Source of the DNA: Candidatus Saccharimonadota bacterium
GTDB lineage: Bacteria; Patescibacteriota; Saccharimonadia; Saccharimonadales; Saccharimonadaceae
DNA: 32,000 bases
Direction of reading: 5' to 3'
Assembly: GCA_002421785.1 (NCBI GenBank)
Contig: DIRZ01000003.1
Coordinates: forward strand, 90,001-122,000
Part shown: positions 24,742 through 32,000 of the stretch, in pieces
Layout: every line of letters begins with the position of its first letter
How positions within the stretch are numbered: position 1 is the stretch's first letter
Translations under genes and position numbers: made by a program
Notes under the pieces: generated by a model
Told to the model about the DNA's origin: nothing
The model's database searches: none
The model's input: the letters and a program-made list of their open reading frames with translations, nothing else

Positions 24742-27700
24742 TTACGCCTCCTCCTTAATTTCTTCTACTTCATCAATATCCTGGATGGTCATGCCGTCAT
24801 CTTCGTCGATTTCTCCGAATTCGTCAGCTTCGTCCAAAATTTCTTCATGATCAAGACCGTCATCAATCACTGGCACACTCTTGTCCTCGGGACCGCTTTG
24901 CTCAATGATGCTTTCGGCGTCAATCGTTTCACTTTCATCCATCAGGTCAACACGGAGGCCGAGTCCCTGAAGTTCTTTTACGAGGACGTTAAAGCTTTCA
25001 GGTAGTTTTGGACCGGTGATGATGTCGTCCTTGATGATACTTTCGTACGCTTTTGCACGACCATATACGTCGTCAGACTTGATTGTCAGCATTTCCTGAA
25101 GGGTTGCGGCTGCACCATAAGCTTCAAGTGCCCAAACCTCCATCTCACCAAAGCGCTGACCACCATTCTGGGCTTTACCACCCAGCGGCTGTTGCGTCAC
25201 CATTGTGTATGGACCAGTCGAGCGGGCGTGAATCTTGTCGCTCACCATGTGGTGAAGCTTAATCATGTGCATTACGCCAACGGTTGTACGCTCTTCGAAC
25301 GCATCACCTGAACGACCGTCAAACAGCTGGCTCTTACCATCCTCAGCAAGGCCGGCTTTTTTCAGTTCACTTTCGATAACAGTGTTCGGCACACCATTGA
25401 ATGGAGGCGTCGCAACCTTGTACCCAAGTGCACGTGCGGCCATGCCAAGGTGCGTTTCAAACAGCTGACCAAGGTTCATGCGGCTTGGGACACCAAGCGG
25501 GTTGAGCACGATGTCGACAGGCGTACCGTCTGCCATGTACGGCATGTCTTCCACAGGGAGAATACGAGCAACGACGCCCTTGTTACCGTGACGACCAGCC
25601 AACTTGTCGCCCACGCTAATTTTGCGTAGTTGCGCAACAAAGATTTGAATCTGCATTAACACGCCAGCCTTCAGTTCGTGGCCATTCTCGCGGCTAAAAA
25701 TCTTCACGCCAACAACCTTACCACCACCCGCGTTATTCATGCGCTGGCTTGTGTCGCGTACGTCTTTGGCTTTTTCACCGAAGATTGCACGAAGAAGTCG
25801 CTCTTCAGAGCTGAGCTCCTGTTCACCCTTTGGTGTAATCTTACCAACCAGTACGTCACCGGCTGTCACTTCGCTACCAAGCTGAACGATACCATTCTCG
25901 TCAAGGTGACGAAGGCTATCTTCGGAGACATTTGGAATGTCACGGGTCACGATTTCTGGACCAAGCTTCGTTTCGCGGACTTCAACGTTGTAGTCCTTGA
26001 TGTTAATGCTTGTCAGGTCGTCATTTTCAATCAAGCGGCGGCTAATAACGACAGCGTCGTCCATGTTGTAGCCAGCCCATGGCATAAAGGCAACCAATAA
26101 GTCCTTACCGAGTGCGATTTCACCTTGTGCGATGCTTGCACCTTCAATCAGGATATCGCCCTTCTGGACTTTATCGCCACGTGTCACGCGAACTTTTTGG
26201 TTAATCGAGCGGTCGTCGTTGCTTTTTGCAAAGTGAATGAGCTCGTACGATTTTTTGCCATCTTTGTATTGCACTTCAACGACAGTACCGTCGGCGCGAG
26301 TTACCTCACCCGCAGCTTCTGCGACGATCAACTGGCTTGAGTCACGAGCAACTTGTGCTTCGATACCCGTACCAACGGTTGGAGCTTCTGGGCGCAGGAG
26401 CGGCACAGCCTGGCGTTGCATGTTTGAACCGGTCAAAGATCGGTCAATACGGTTTTTTTCAATAAACGGAATCAGCGCAGCAGTACTACCAAGAATCTGC
26501 TTATGAGCAGCATCCATGTAAGTGACTTCAGCAGCATCTACTTGACCTGGTTTCAAGAACTTGCGGGCACTCACGCGCTCGCTGATAAACTTGCCAGACT
26601 TGTCGACTTCTGCACCGGCATCAGCAATCACTTCAGTAACTTCCTGGCTGGCGTCGAGGTATACAATCTCTTCGGTAACTTTACCGTTCTTTACTTTGCG
26701 ATATGGCGTTTCAATAAAGCCGTACTCATTGACCCGAGCATAGCTTGCAAGGTTGAGCACCAGGCCGATGTTGGCGCCTTCTGGTGTCTCAACAGAACAA
26801 ATACGTCCATAGTGTGTTGGGTGAGCGTCACGAACGTCAAATCCTGCGCGCTCGCGGCTAAGACCACCAGGGCCCATAGAGCTGAGGCGGCGTTTGTGGC
26901 TAAGTTCAGACAGCGGGTTAACTTCGTCGAGCAACTGGCTCAGCTGGCTACTCGCAAAGAACTCACGAACAGCAGCGACGACAGGTCGAGCATTAATCAG
27001 CTGGCTTGGGGTAACAGTCGTGATGTCGCTCATGCTCATGCGGTCCATGGCGTTACGCTGCATACGGAGCATACCAACACGGAATTGGCGCGCAACAAGC
27101 TCGCCAACGAGCTTAATACGACGATTTGACAATGCGTCGATATCGTCACCAGCTTCCTGAGTATTATTGAGGCGAATCAATTCGCGAATAATCGCAACGA
27201 GGTCGCTCAGCTGGAACACGCGGTATTCAGACGTGTTTGGAAGGTCGAGGCCAAGTCGCTGGTTCATCTTATAACGACCAACGCGGCTGTAGTCGAAACG
27301 CTTGAAGTCATAGAACATACGTTCAATCATTTGGCGTGCGTTGTCGACAGTGGCAAGGTCACCCGGGCGGAGTCGGCGATATACTTCGATTAGCGCTTCA
27401 TTCACACCATGAGCTGGGTCTTTTTCAAGCGTAGCATCAATGTACTTGGTCTCACCGGTGTCGATATCTTTAAAGAGTTCTTTGATTTCGCTCACCTTGC
27501 TGTAGCCAAGTGCGCGAAGCAGAGTAGTGACGGCGATTTTACGTCGTCGGTCGATTTTGACATACAAAGCACCATTTGCAGCGGTTTCAAATTCCAACCA
27601 TGCACCACGGCCTGGAATCAACTTTGCGCTGTATAGGCTTTTGCTGACGCCTTTTTCGGCGGTAAAGAACACGCCAGCGCTACGAATCAGCTGACTGACG

Positions 27701-28104
27701 ACAACGCGCTCAGTACCATTGATAACAAATGTACCGCGGTCAGTCATCCATGGGTAATCGCCAAGATAAATTTCCTGCTCTTTTACTTCGCCGGTTACCT
27801 TATTAGTCAGCTCAACATTTACGTGCAATGGCGCGTCAAACGTCAAGTTGTTTTCTTTAGCAAAGTGTTCAGGGTTTTTTGGATCCTGGAACGCGTAGTC
27901 CTTGAAACGAAGTTCAAGTTTTTGTCCCGTGTAGTCTTCGACTGGGTTTAGTTCTGCGAAAATCTCACTCAAACCAGTCTCGACGAAATCTTTCCAAGAC
28001 TCCTTCTGGTGAGTAATGAGGTTCGGAACCTCCAGTGCGGTGTCGTCTGTGGTAAAGAAAACACGCTTCACTGGAGCAACGTTGCTAGGCTTAGCTTTTG
28101 CCAT
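24742..28104 (-). CDS. rpoB: DNA-directed RNA polymerase subunit beta
   Basis: 1120 aa with conserved beta blocks (GRHGNKGVV, RFGEMEVWALEAYGAA, etc.). GAGGAG lies 6 nt upstream of the ATG. Acidic C-terminal tail. Confidence 0.99.
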   Translation of the reverse strand: MAKAKPSNVAPVKRVFFTTDDTALEVPNLITHQKESWKDFVETGLSEIFAELNPVEDYTGQKLELRFKDYAFQDPKNPEHFAKENNLTFDAPLHVNVELTNKVTGEVKEQEIYLGDYPWMTDRGTFVINGTERVVVSQLIRSAGVFFTAEKGVSKSLYSAKLIPGRGAWLEFETAANGALYVKIDRRRKIAVTTLLRALGYSKVSEIKELFKDIDTGETKYIDATLEKDPAHGVNEALIEVYRRLRPGDLATVDNARQMIERMFYDFKRFDYSRVGRYKMNQRLGLDLPNTSEYRVFQLSDLVAIIRELIRLNNTQEAGDDIDALSNRRIKLVGELVARQFRVGMLRMQRNAMDRMSMSDITTVTPSQLINARPVVAAVREFFASSQLSQLLDEVNPLSELSHKRRLSSMGPGGLSRERAGFDVRDAHPTHYGRICSVETPEGANIGLVLNLASYARVNEYGFIETPYRKVKNGKVTEEIVYLDASQEVTEVIADAGAEVDKSGKFISERVSARKFLKPGQVDAAEVTYMDAAHKQILGSTAALIPFIEKNRIDRSLTGSNMQRQAVPLLRPEAPTVGTGIEAQVARDSSQLIVAEAAGEVTRADGTVVEVQYKDGKKSYELIHFAKSNDDRSINQKVRVTRGDKVQKGDILIEGASIAQGEIALGKDLLVAFMPWAGYNMDDAVVISRRLIENDDLTSINIKDYNVEVRETKLGPEIVTRDIPNVSEDSLRHLDENGIVQLGSEVTAGDVLVGKITPKGEQELSSEERLLRAIFGEKAKDVRDTSQRMNNAGGGKVVGVKIFSRENGHELKAGVLMQIQIFVAQLRKISVGDKLAGRHGNKGVVARILPVEDMPYMADGTPVDIVLNPLGVPSRMNLGQLFETHLGMAARALGYKVATPPFNGVPNTVIESELKKAGLAEDGKSQLFDGRSGDAFEERTTVGVMHMIKLHHMVSDKIHARSTGPYTMVTQQPLGGKAQNGGQRFGEMEVWALEAYGAAATLQEMLTIKSDDVYGRAKAYESIIKDDIITGPKLPESFNVLVKELQGLGLRVDLMDESETIDAESIIEQSGPEDKSVPVIDDGLDHEEILDEADEFGEIDEDDGMTIQDIDEVEEIKEEA

Positions 28105-28219
28105 GTATGCTCCTCTGTATAGAGTTAGTTTAGTAAGGTTGGTCGCAGATAACAGGGGTGGGTCATACCCATATTGTCCGCAGATGCTTGGCGCCGAAGC
28201 TTTACCGAACGTGTGTGCC

Positions 28220-28254
28220 GCATACTAAAACGCCACGCCATAGGCGTAGTATGC
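28220..28254 (-). promoter_or_regulatory. Structured element in the rpoB leader (8 bp + 4 bp stem with 3 nt bulge, 8 nt loop)
   Basis: The minus strand reads GCATACTA-CGCC-tatggcgt-GGCG-ttt-TAGTATGC. It lies downstream of the candidate rpoB promoter and about 115 nt upstream of the rpoB ATG. No U-run follows it, so it is not a canonical intrinsic terminator. Confidence 0.5.
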
Positions 28255-28289
28255 TGTTGACCCACGTTACACAATCTTCATTACTTATA

Positions 28290-28319
28290 ACTATAGCGAA
28301 GTTTGTGCAATTTTGTCAA
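28290..28319 (-). promoter_or_regulatory. Candidate rpoBC promoter: TTGACA, 18 nt spacer, TATAGT
   Basis: The minus strand reads TTGACAaaattgcacaaacttcgcTATAGT, beginning 7 nt after the clpP stop. This implies an rpoB leader of about 180 nt. Confidence 0.6.
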
Positions 28320-28326
28320 CGTTTTT

Positions 28327-28917
28327 CTATGCTTTTGCAATTACATTATCGACGATGCCGTACTCTTTGGCCTGCTCGGCGCTCATCCAAAAATCACGCT
28401 CCATGTCTGCTTTCACTTTTGCGAGCTTCTGACCAGTGTTTTTTGCCATGATTGCAGCGAGTCGCTCCTTTAGTTCCAGGGCCTCACGAAGGCTAATCTC
28501 CTGGTCAGTCACCTTACCCTGCGTTCCGCTACTTGGCTGGTGAATCATCACACGGGAATTTGGCAACACACCGCGCTTACCCTTGGTGCCACTACTCAGC
28601 AGAAACGCCCCCATGCTTGCCTGCAAGCCAATCCCAATCGTTTGTACGTCTGGCTTGATGTACTGAATGGTATCGTAAATCGCAAGCCCATCATACACAC
28701 TCCCGCCTGGACTGTTGATGTACAGCTGGATATCTTTTTCGGGGTCTTCGTTGGCAAGATGGAGCAACTGCGCTACCACAACGTTGGCTGTGTGCTCATT
28801 TACCTCCTCGCCTAAAAAGATAATTCGGTCCTCAAGCAGCCGTGAGTAAATATCATACCCGCGCTCACCGTCACGAGTTTTTACTATCACATTGGGGACT
28901 AAATAGTTCTTCGTCAT
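28327..28917 (-). CDS. clpP: ATP-dependent Clp protease proteolytic subunit
   Basis: 196 aa with [11 protein letters not shown], catalytic Ser in [11 protein letters not shown], His in MIHQP, and Asp in ERDFWMSA. Confidence 0.97.
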   Translation of the reverse strand: MTKNYLVPNVIVKTRDGERGYDIYSRLLEDRIIFLGEEVNEHTANVVVAQLLHLANEDPEKDIQLYINSPGGSVYDGLAIYDTIQYIKPDVQTIGIGLQASMGAFLLSSGTKGKRGVLPNSRVMIHQPSSGTQGKVTDQEISLREALELKERLAAIMAKNTGQKLAKVKADMERDFWMSAEQAKEYGIVDNVIAKA

Positions 28918-28923
28918 ATTTCC

Positions 28924-28951
28924 AGTATACTACCAAATTGGCACTCGTCAA
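28924..28951 (-). promoter_or_regulatory. Candidate clpP promoter: TTGACG, 16 nt, TATACT, 6 nt, ATG (leaderless-type geometry)
   Basis: The minus strand reads TTGACGagtgccaatttggtagTATACTggaaatATG. The -35 and spacer lie inside the CIRCE-like palindrome. There is no convincing Shine-Dalgarno. Confidence 0.5.
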
Positions 28952-28964
28952 GTGCGAGTGCCAA
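28938..28964. promoter_or_regulatory. CIRCE-like inverted repeat (putative HrcA operator)
   Basis: TTGGCACTC-N9-GAGTGCCAA compared with the CIRCE consensus TTAGCACTC-N9-GAGTGCTAA gives 8 of 9 matches per arm with symmetric substitutions. Pairing extends to 12 bp (28936-28947 with 28955-28966). It lies between tig and clpP. Confidence 0.7.
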
Positions 28965-28984
28965 TTACCTTCACAGGGGTAGTA

Positions 28985-30274
28985 TTATTTTTTGGTGTTA
29001 AGGGCTACTAGTTGGTCAACCGTCTTTTCGGTGATCAGTCGATTTGCTACTTCTCGCTGCACTTCTGGTTCATCGAAGCGCTTTGCCATGTCGGGGTTGT
29101 TCGCGTACTGCGTACGGTAGGTGTTCAGGTGTTCTGCAAGCTCATCCGCCGTTGCCTCTACCTTGAGTACCTTGCTGAGCTCTGCAAGTACCAGACCGGC
29201 TTTGATGCGGTTTTCGGCTGCTTCGTTAGCCTCGGCCTTAACCCAGGCGTCCCTGTCTGCCAATCCCTTGCTTTCCAGATACTGATCAAACGTCATGCCC
29301 TGGTACATAAGATTCTGTGTGAGGTCTTGTTCAATCGATCGAACTTGATCGTCGCGAAGTACCTCAGGAACGCTCACTTTACTTTTAGCGACAAGTTGTT
29401 GCACCAAATCATCCTTCAGCGCATCACTTGCTTCGCGCTCTTGCTGGGCGGTGATTTCTGAGGTGATATCGGCCTTCAATTCGTCGATAGCAGTAAATGG
29501 CCCAACCTTAGCGGCAAACTCGTCGGTCAGCTCAGGAAGGACAACTTGATTGACCTTCTTCACCGTTACTTCGAAGACAACCTTTTTACCCGCCAAATCT
29601 TTGGCTTGATACTGCTTTGGGAACGTCAAAGGAACGTCAAAAGCGTCTCCTGCTTTGTGCCCAACAATCGCTTCTTCAAACCCAGGGATAAACTGGCCAG
29701 CGCCGAGCGATAGCGGATAATCTTCGCCCTTCCCACCGTCGAACGCAACGCCGTCTTTCTTGCCCAAGAAGTCGATAACCGCTTCGTCACCAAGCTTCGC
29801 TGCTTCTTTGGTTTCCTTCTTCTCAGCAAACCCTTTACGAATACGGTCGAGTACTTCGGTCACATCGGCATCAGTTACGTTCACTGGCTTTTTGGTAACT
29901 TTCAGTTTAGTGTGGTCGCCAAGCTTCACTGCTGGCAGAATATCCGCTTCGGCAGTGAACTCTAGTTCCTGGCCGGGAACAAACTTCTTAACTTCGACAG
30001 CTGGGCGCTCAAGAACTTGTAGTTTATTTTCGATAAAGCTGGTTGCGACCGCCTTACTGAGGGCGTTTTCTAGCGTTTCCTGGGCTAATACATTCGGGTC
30101 GACGTTCTTCGCCACCATTTCTAGCGGCACATGACCTTTACGAAAGCCTGGGACTTTCGTGTCTTTAGATAATTTTTTTAGGGCAACTTGCTCAGCGTCG
30201 GCAAGCTCATCCTTGGTGACAGAAATCGTCACGAGGACGCGGGTGTCGGATACATGTTTAACAGAACTCTTCAT
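28985..30274 (-). CDS. tig: Trigger factor
   Basis: 429 aa with the N-terminal ribosome-binding region (GFRKGHVP matches the trigger factor GFRxGxxP signature), a central FKBP-like region (GQFIPGFEEAIVGHKAGD), and a C-terminal helical domain. Confidence 0.95.
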   Translation of the reverse strand: MKSSVKHVSDTRVLVTISVTKDELADAEQVALKKLSKDTKVPGFRKGHVPLEMVAKNVDPNVLAQETLENALSKAVATSFIENKLQVLERPAVEVKKFVPGQELEFTAEADILPAVKLGDHTKLKVTKKPVNVTDADVTEVLDRIRKGFAEKKETKEAAKLGDEAVIDFLGKKDGVAFDGGKGEDYPLSLGAGQFIPGFEEAIVGHKAGDAFDVPLTFPKQYQAKDLAGKKVVFEVTVKKVNQVVLPELTDEFAAKVGPFTAIDELKADITSEITAQQEREASDALKDDLVQQLVAKSKVSVPEVLRDDQVRSIEQDLTQNLMYQGMTFDQYLESKGLADRDAWVKAEANEAAENRIKAGLVLAELSKVLKVEATADELAEHLNTYRTQYANNPDMAKRFDEPEVQREVANRLITEKTVDQLVALNTKK

Positions 30275-30282
30275 AATAACGC

Positions 30283-30311
30283 ATTATAACAGATAAGCGC
30301 CCGGCTGTCGC
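30283..30311 (-). promoter_or_regulatory. Candidate tig promoter: GCGACA, 17 nt, TATAAT, 8 nt, ATG
   Basis: The minus strand reads GCGACAgccgggcgcttatctgtTATAATgcgttattATG. The -10 is perfect, there is no Shine-Dalgarno, and the -35 overlaps the pilin gene stop. Confidence 0.55.
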
Positions 30312-30886
30312 TATTTGTACTGGAAGCAGATTCCGCCACGCATACCATACGTATCACGCTGCACAATCGTTCCAGCTGGGTTTAAGCCACATCGCGTCAT
30401 CTCGGCGTTGAAGGAACTAGTATCTGCCGCGGTAGGGCTCTGCTGGCTATAAAAGACCATCGCCTTATCAGTGCCCATAGAATAGAGCATTAACGACTGG
30501 TTATAGGTCGCCGTAGGATAGGTGGGGTTCTGTGGCAACTTAGCCATAAACCCTGCAGGCAAGTAGCCACTCGCCACCAGTGTATCCTCGACTGTACAGG
30601 TATATGTGCCGATTGCCGCCCAGCCTTCCGCGCCGTTCGCACATTCCGTTGCGGCCCCGATGGCAGTAGAAGAGCCAGAGCCGCCGCGCGGCAATCGTCC
30701 GGCCTTGCTGGCAAATAGCTGGATCGCATCAGCAACTTTATCGGCGGCATCACGCACGCGGACATCCTGAGCCTGCGTCTGTGCGTTCATATACATCACC
30801 GCGGTAAGAGTCGCCAAAATCGCCACAACGACGATAACAATGAGAATCTCAACGATAGTAAACCCTTGCTTGGCGCGAACGTTCAT
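30311..30886 (-). CDS. Type IV pilin / pseudopilin-like protein (prepilin N-terminal cleavage-methylation motif)
   Basis: MNVRAKQG|FTIVEILIVIVVVAILATL is a class III signal (G-1, F+1, E+5) followed by a hydrophobic helix. The globular domain has 4 Cys. I place the start at ATG 30886; the tracked TTG at 30904 falls inside the promoter element. Confidence 0.85.
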   Translation of the reverse strand: MNVRAKQGFTIVEILIVIVVVAILATLTAVMYMNAQTQAQDVRVRDAADKVADAIQLFASKAGRLPRGGSGSSTAIGAATECANGAEGWAAIGTYTCTVEDTLVASGYLPAGFMAKLPQNPTYPTATYNQSLMLYSMGTDKAMVFYSQQSPTAADTSSFNAEMTRCGLNPAGTIVQRDTYGMRGGICFQYK

Positions 30887-30892
30887 GAATCT

Positions 30893-30901
30893 ACTATAGC
30901 A
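30893..30901 (-). promoter_or_regulatory. Extended -10 element TGcTATAGT, 6 nt upstream of the pilin ATG
   Basis: The minus strand reads gTGCTATAGTagattcATG in the 21 nt gap after the hisS stop. There is no Shine-Dalgarno. Confidence 0.5.
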
Positions 30902-30907
30902 CAAGCA

Positions 30908-32000
30908 CTATGCAGCGATATCTAGGTCGAATTCTTCGTCTTCGCTACTTCGCTTGATTCGATGATCTTTCACAGCGCTCACAACACGCTCGAGGCTGAA
31001 TTTTTGCTCGGTGCCCGTGATAATATTCTTTATCGTAAAGACTTCACTTTTTAGTTCTGTTTCACCCACAAACATAACATAGGGAATGCCTTTTTTATCC
31101 GCGGTTTTTAGCTGCTTATCAATCTTGCGATCAGTAAAGTCGAGCTCAACGTTCACGCCTTCCGCGCGCAGCTCCTTGGCAACGAGCATGGCACCGCGTA
31201 GTGATTCACCAATCACTATCATGTACACGTCTGTCGATGAATATAGCCTTGGTAAAAGATTATGGGTTTCAAGGAACAATTGCATCATCGTCAGCCCCGG
31301 AGCAAACCCAACCGCCGTTACCGGCTCGGCGCCAAACAGTCCCACCAGGCCGCTATATCGCCCACCGCCAAAAAGTGAACGGTTGTTTTCGGGGTGCGTG
31401 TCAAAGAATTCAAATACCGTGCCCGTATAGTAATCAAGTCCGCGCATCAGGGTAATATCAAATGTTGCGTTGCGCACACCGGCACGCTCAAGGTAGGTGA
31501 ACAACTCTTGGATTTCACGAACAGGCTCGCTGTCACGAATACTTTCAGGCAGGTCGGCCATTGTCTTAGCGGCGAGCAACTGCGCAATGCGCTGTAGACC
31601 GGTGGCGGCCGCTTCCGGTCCATAGATATCAATCGCCTGGTCGCGGAAGGATTCTGGTGCAATTTTGTTCTTTCGATCAAAAAGCTTCATCATCAGCTGA
31701 GCCTGAACAGCGTCAAGCCCCAGGTAGTGTGCCATCATGTAGTCGATAATCTTACGGTTGTTGATACGCACCACAAACATATCGTCAGTCGCGCCGAATG
31801 CGCGCATGATATCGACGCCCATCGTAATAACCTCGGCCTCAGCAAGAGCACCGTCAAGTCCGAATACATCGCAGTTAAGCTGCCAAAACTCACGCTCCCG
31901 ACCACGCTGCGGTCGCTCGTAGCGCATAAATTGAGCAATACTATACCAACGCGCCGGAAAAGGGATTTCCTGTACTCGATTTGCGATCATGCGACTCACG
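30908..32000 (-). CDS. hisS: Histidine--tRNA ligase, N-terminus outside the window
   Basis: FMRYERPQRGREREFWQLNCDVFG (class II motif 2 of HisRS), GGGRYSGLV (motif 3 region), and a C-terminal anticodon-binding domain. The ORF runs off the right edge of the window. Confidence 0.95.
   Translation of the reverse strand, partial: VSRMIANRVQEIPFPARWYSIAQFMRYERPQRGREREFWQLNCDVFGLDGALAEAEVITMGVDIMRAFGATDDMFVVRINNRKIIDYMMAHYLGLDAVQAQLMMKLFDRKNKIAPESFRDQAIDIYGPEAAATGLQRIAQLLAAKTMADLPESIRDSEPVREIQELFTYLERAGVRNATFDITLMRGLDYYTGTVFEFFDTHPENNRSLFGGGRYSGLVGLFGAEPVTAVGFAPGLTMMQLFLETHNLLPRLYSSTDVYMIVIGESLRGAMLVAKELRAEGVNVELDFTDRKIDKQLKTADKKGIPYVMFVGETELKSEVFTIKNIITGTEQKFSLERVVSAVKDHRIKRSSEDEEFDLDIAA

Noticed and set aside
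24742-24960. Strongly acidic C-terminal tail of RpoB, about 70 aa (…DEADEFGEIDEDDGMTIQDIDEVEEIKEEA).
   Set aside because: Acidic C-terminal extensions of the beta subunit occur in many Gram-positive-type lineages. This is not evidence of a fusion or a novel element.
26503-27129. 208 aa plus-strand ORF inside rpoB. Similar long antisense ORFs occur at 22098-22694 and 24285-24737 in rpoC, at 25678-26100 in rpoB, and at 11120-11671 and 12347-12823 in fusA.
   Set aside because: They lie entirely antisense to unambiguous, highly conserved genes. Their translations are low-complexity with no motifs. They are typical shadow ORFs of long genes with mid-range GC.
28328-28340. Near-match to the cassette 11-mer: TATGCTTTTGCAA on the plus strand at the clpP 3' end.
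   Set aside because: It has a 2 nt insertion relative to TATGCTTGCAA, lies on the opposite strand inside the clpP coding sequence, and has no downstream start codon. It is probably coincidental.
1-32000. Scan for CRISPR repeats, IS or transposon ends, integrases, tRNA/rRNA genes, and long direct repeats flanking the two backbone insertions.
   Set aside because: I found no regularly spaced repeats, no transposase- or integrase-like ORFs, no tRNA-like cloverleaf signatures in the intergenic gaps, and no convincing direct repeats at 12845-12969 versus 17604-17650. The absence is by eye only and should be confirmed computationally.

Overview
Gene-dense bacterial chromosome segment, about half GC by spot counts. 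No rRNA, tRNA, CRISPR array, transposase or integrase was seen. All calls come from reading the sequence and the ORF translations by eye; no database search was possible.

The minus strand carries a housekeeping backbone: hisS (partial), a type IV pilin, tig, clpP, rpoB, rpoC, rpsL, rpsG and fusA. This conserved order is interrupted twice.

1. Between rpoC and rpsL sit two opposite-strand tandem paralogs (18794-20832). They encode single-pass membrane proteins with four conserved Cys.
2. Between rpsG and fusA sits a 4.8 kb four-gene cassette of orphan proteins (12970-17603). This is the best candidate for an undescribed system. Three of its proteins (329, 743 and 192 aa) are strongly acidic and lack TM or signal sequences. 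By eye they share an N-terminal acidic peptide and about 7 copies of a recurring 80-100 aa module. The fourth is a His-rich protein containing an HExxH string. Two internal intergenic gaps carry the same 11-mer (TATGCTTGCAA), arranged as a -35/-10 promoter that abuts the ATG with no Shine-Dalgarno.

The left third (2632-10625) is a tightly coupled 8-gene biosynthetic-looking island. It encodes an SHMT-fold PLP enzyme, a Nudix hydrolase, a GT-B glycosyltransferase-like protein, two thymidylate/deoxynucleoside-kinase-fold proteins, an IorA-like ThDP enzyme lacking the Fe-S domain and beta subunit, a Gfo/Idh/MocA oxidoreductase and an SDR. It is flanked by HAM1/ITPase, GH13 and CYTH genes.

Regulatory observations:
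- A CIRCE-like HrcA operator overlaps the clpP promoter.
- tig, clpP, the pilin gene and two cassette genes share a leaderless-type start architecture.
- A near-consensus rpoB promoter is followed by a structured leader.
- There are two long perfect-palindrome terminators.

Gene content and divergence are compatible with a reduced-genome, Patescibacteria/Saccharibacteria-like organism. That taxonomic guess is inference only.
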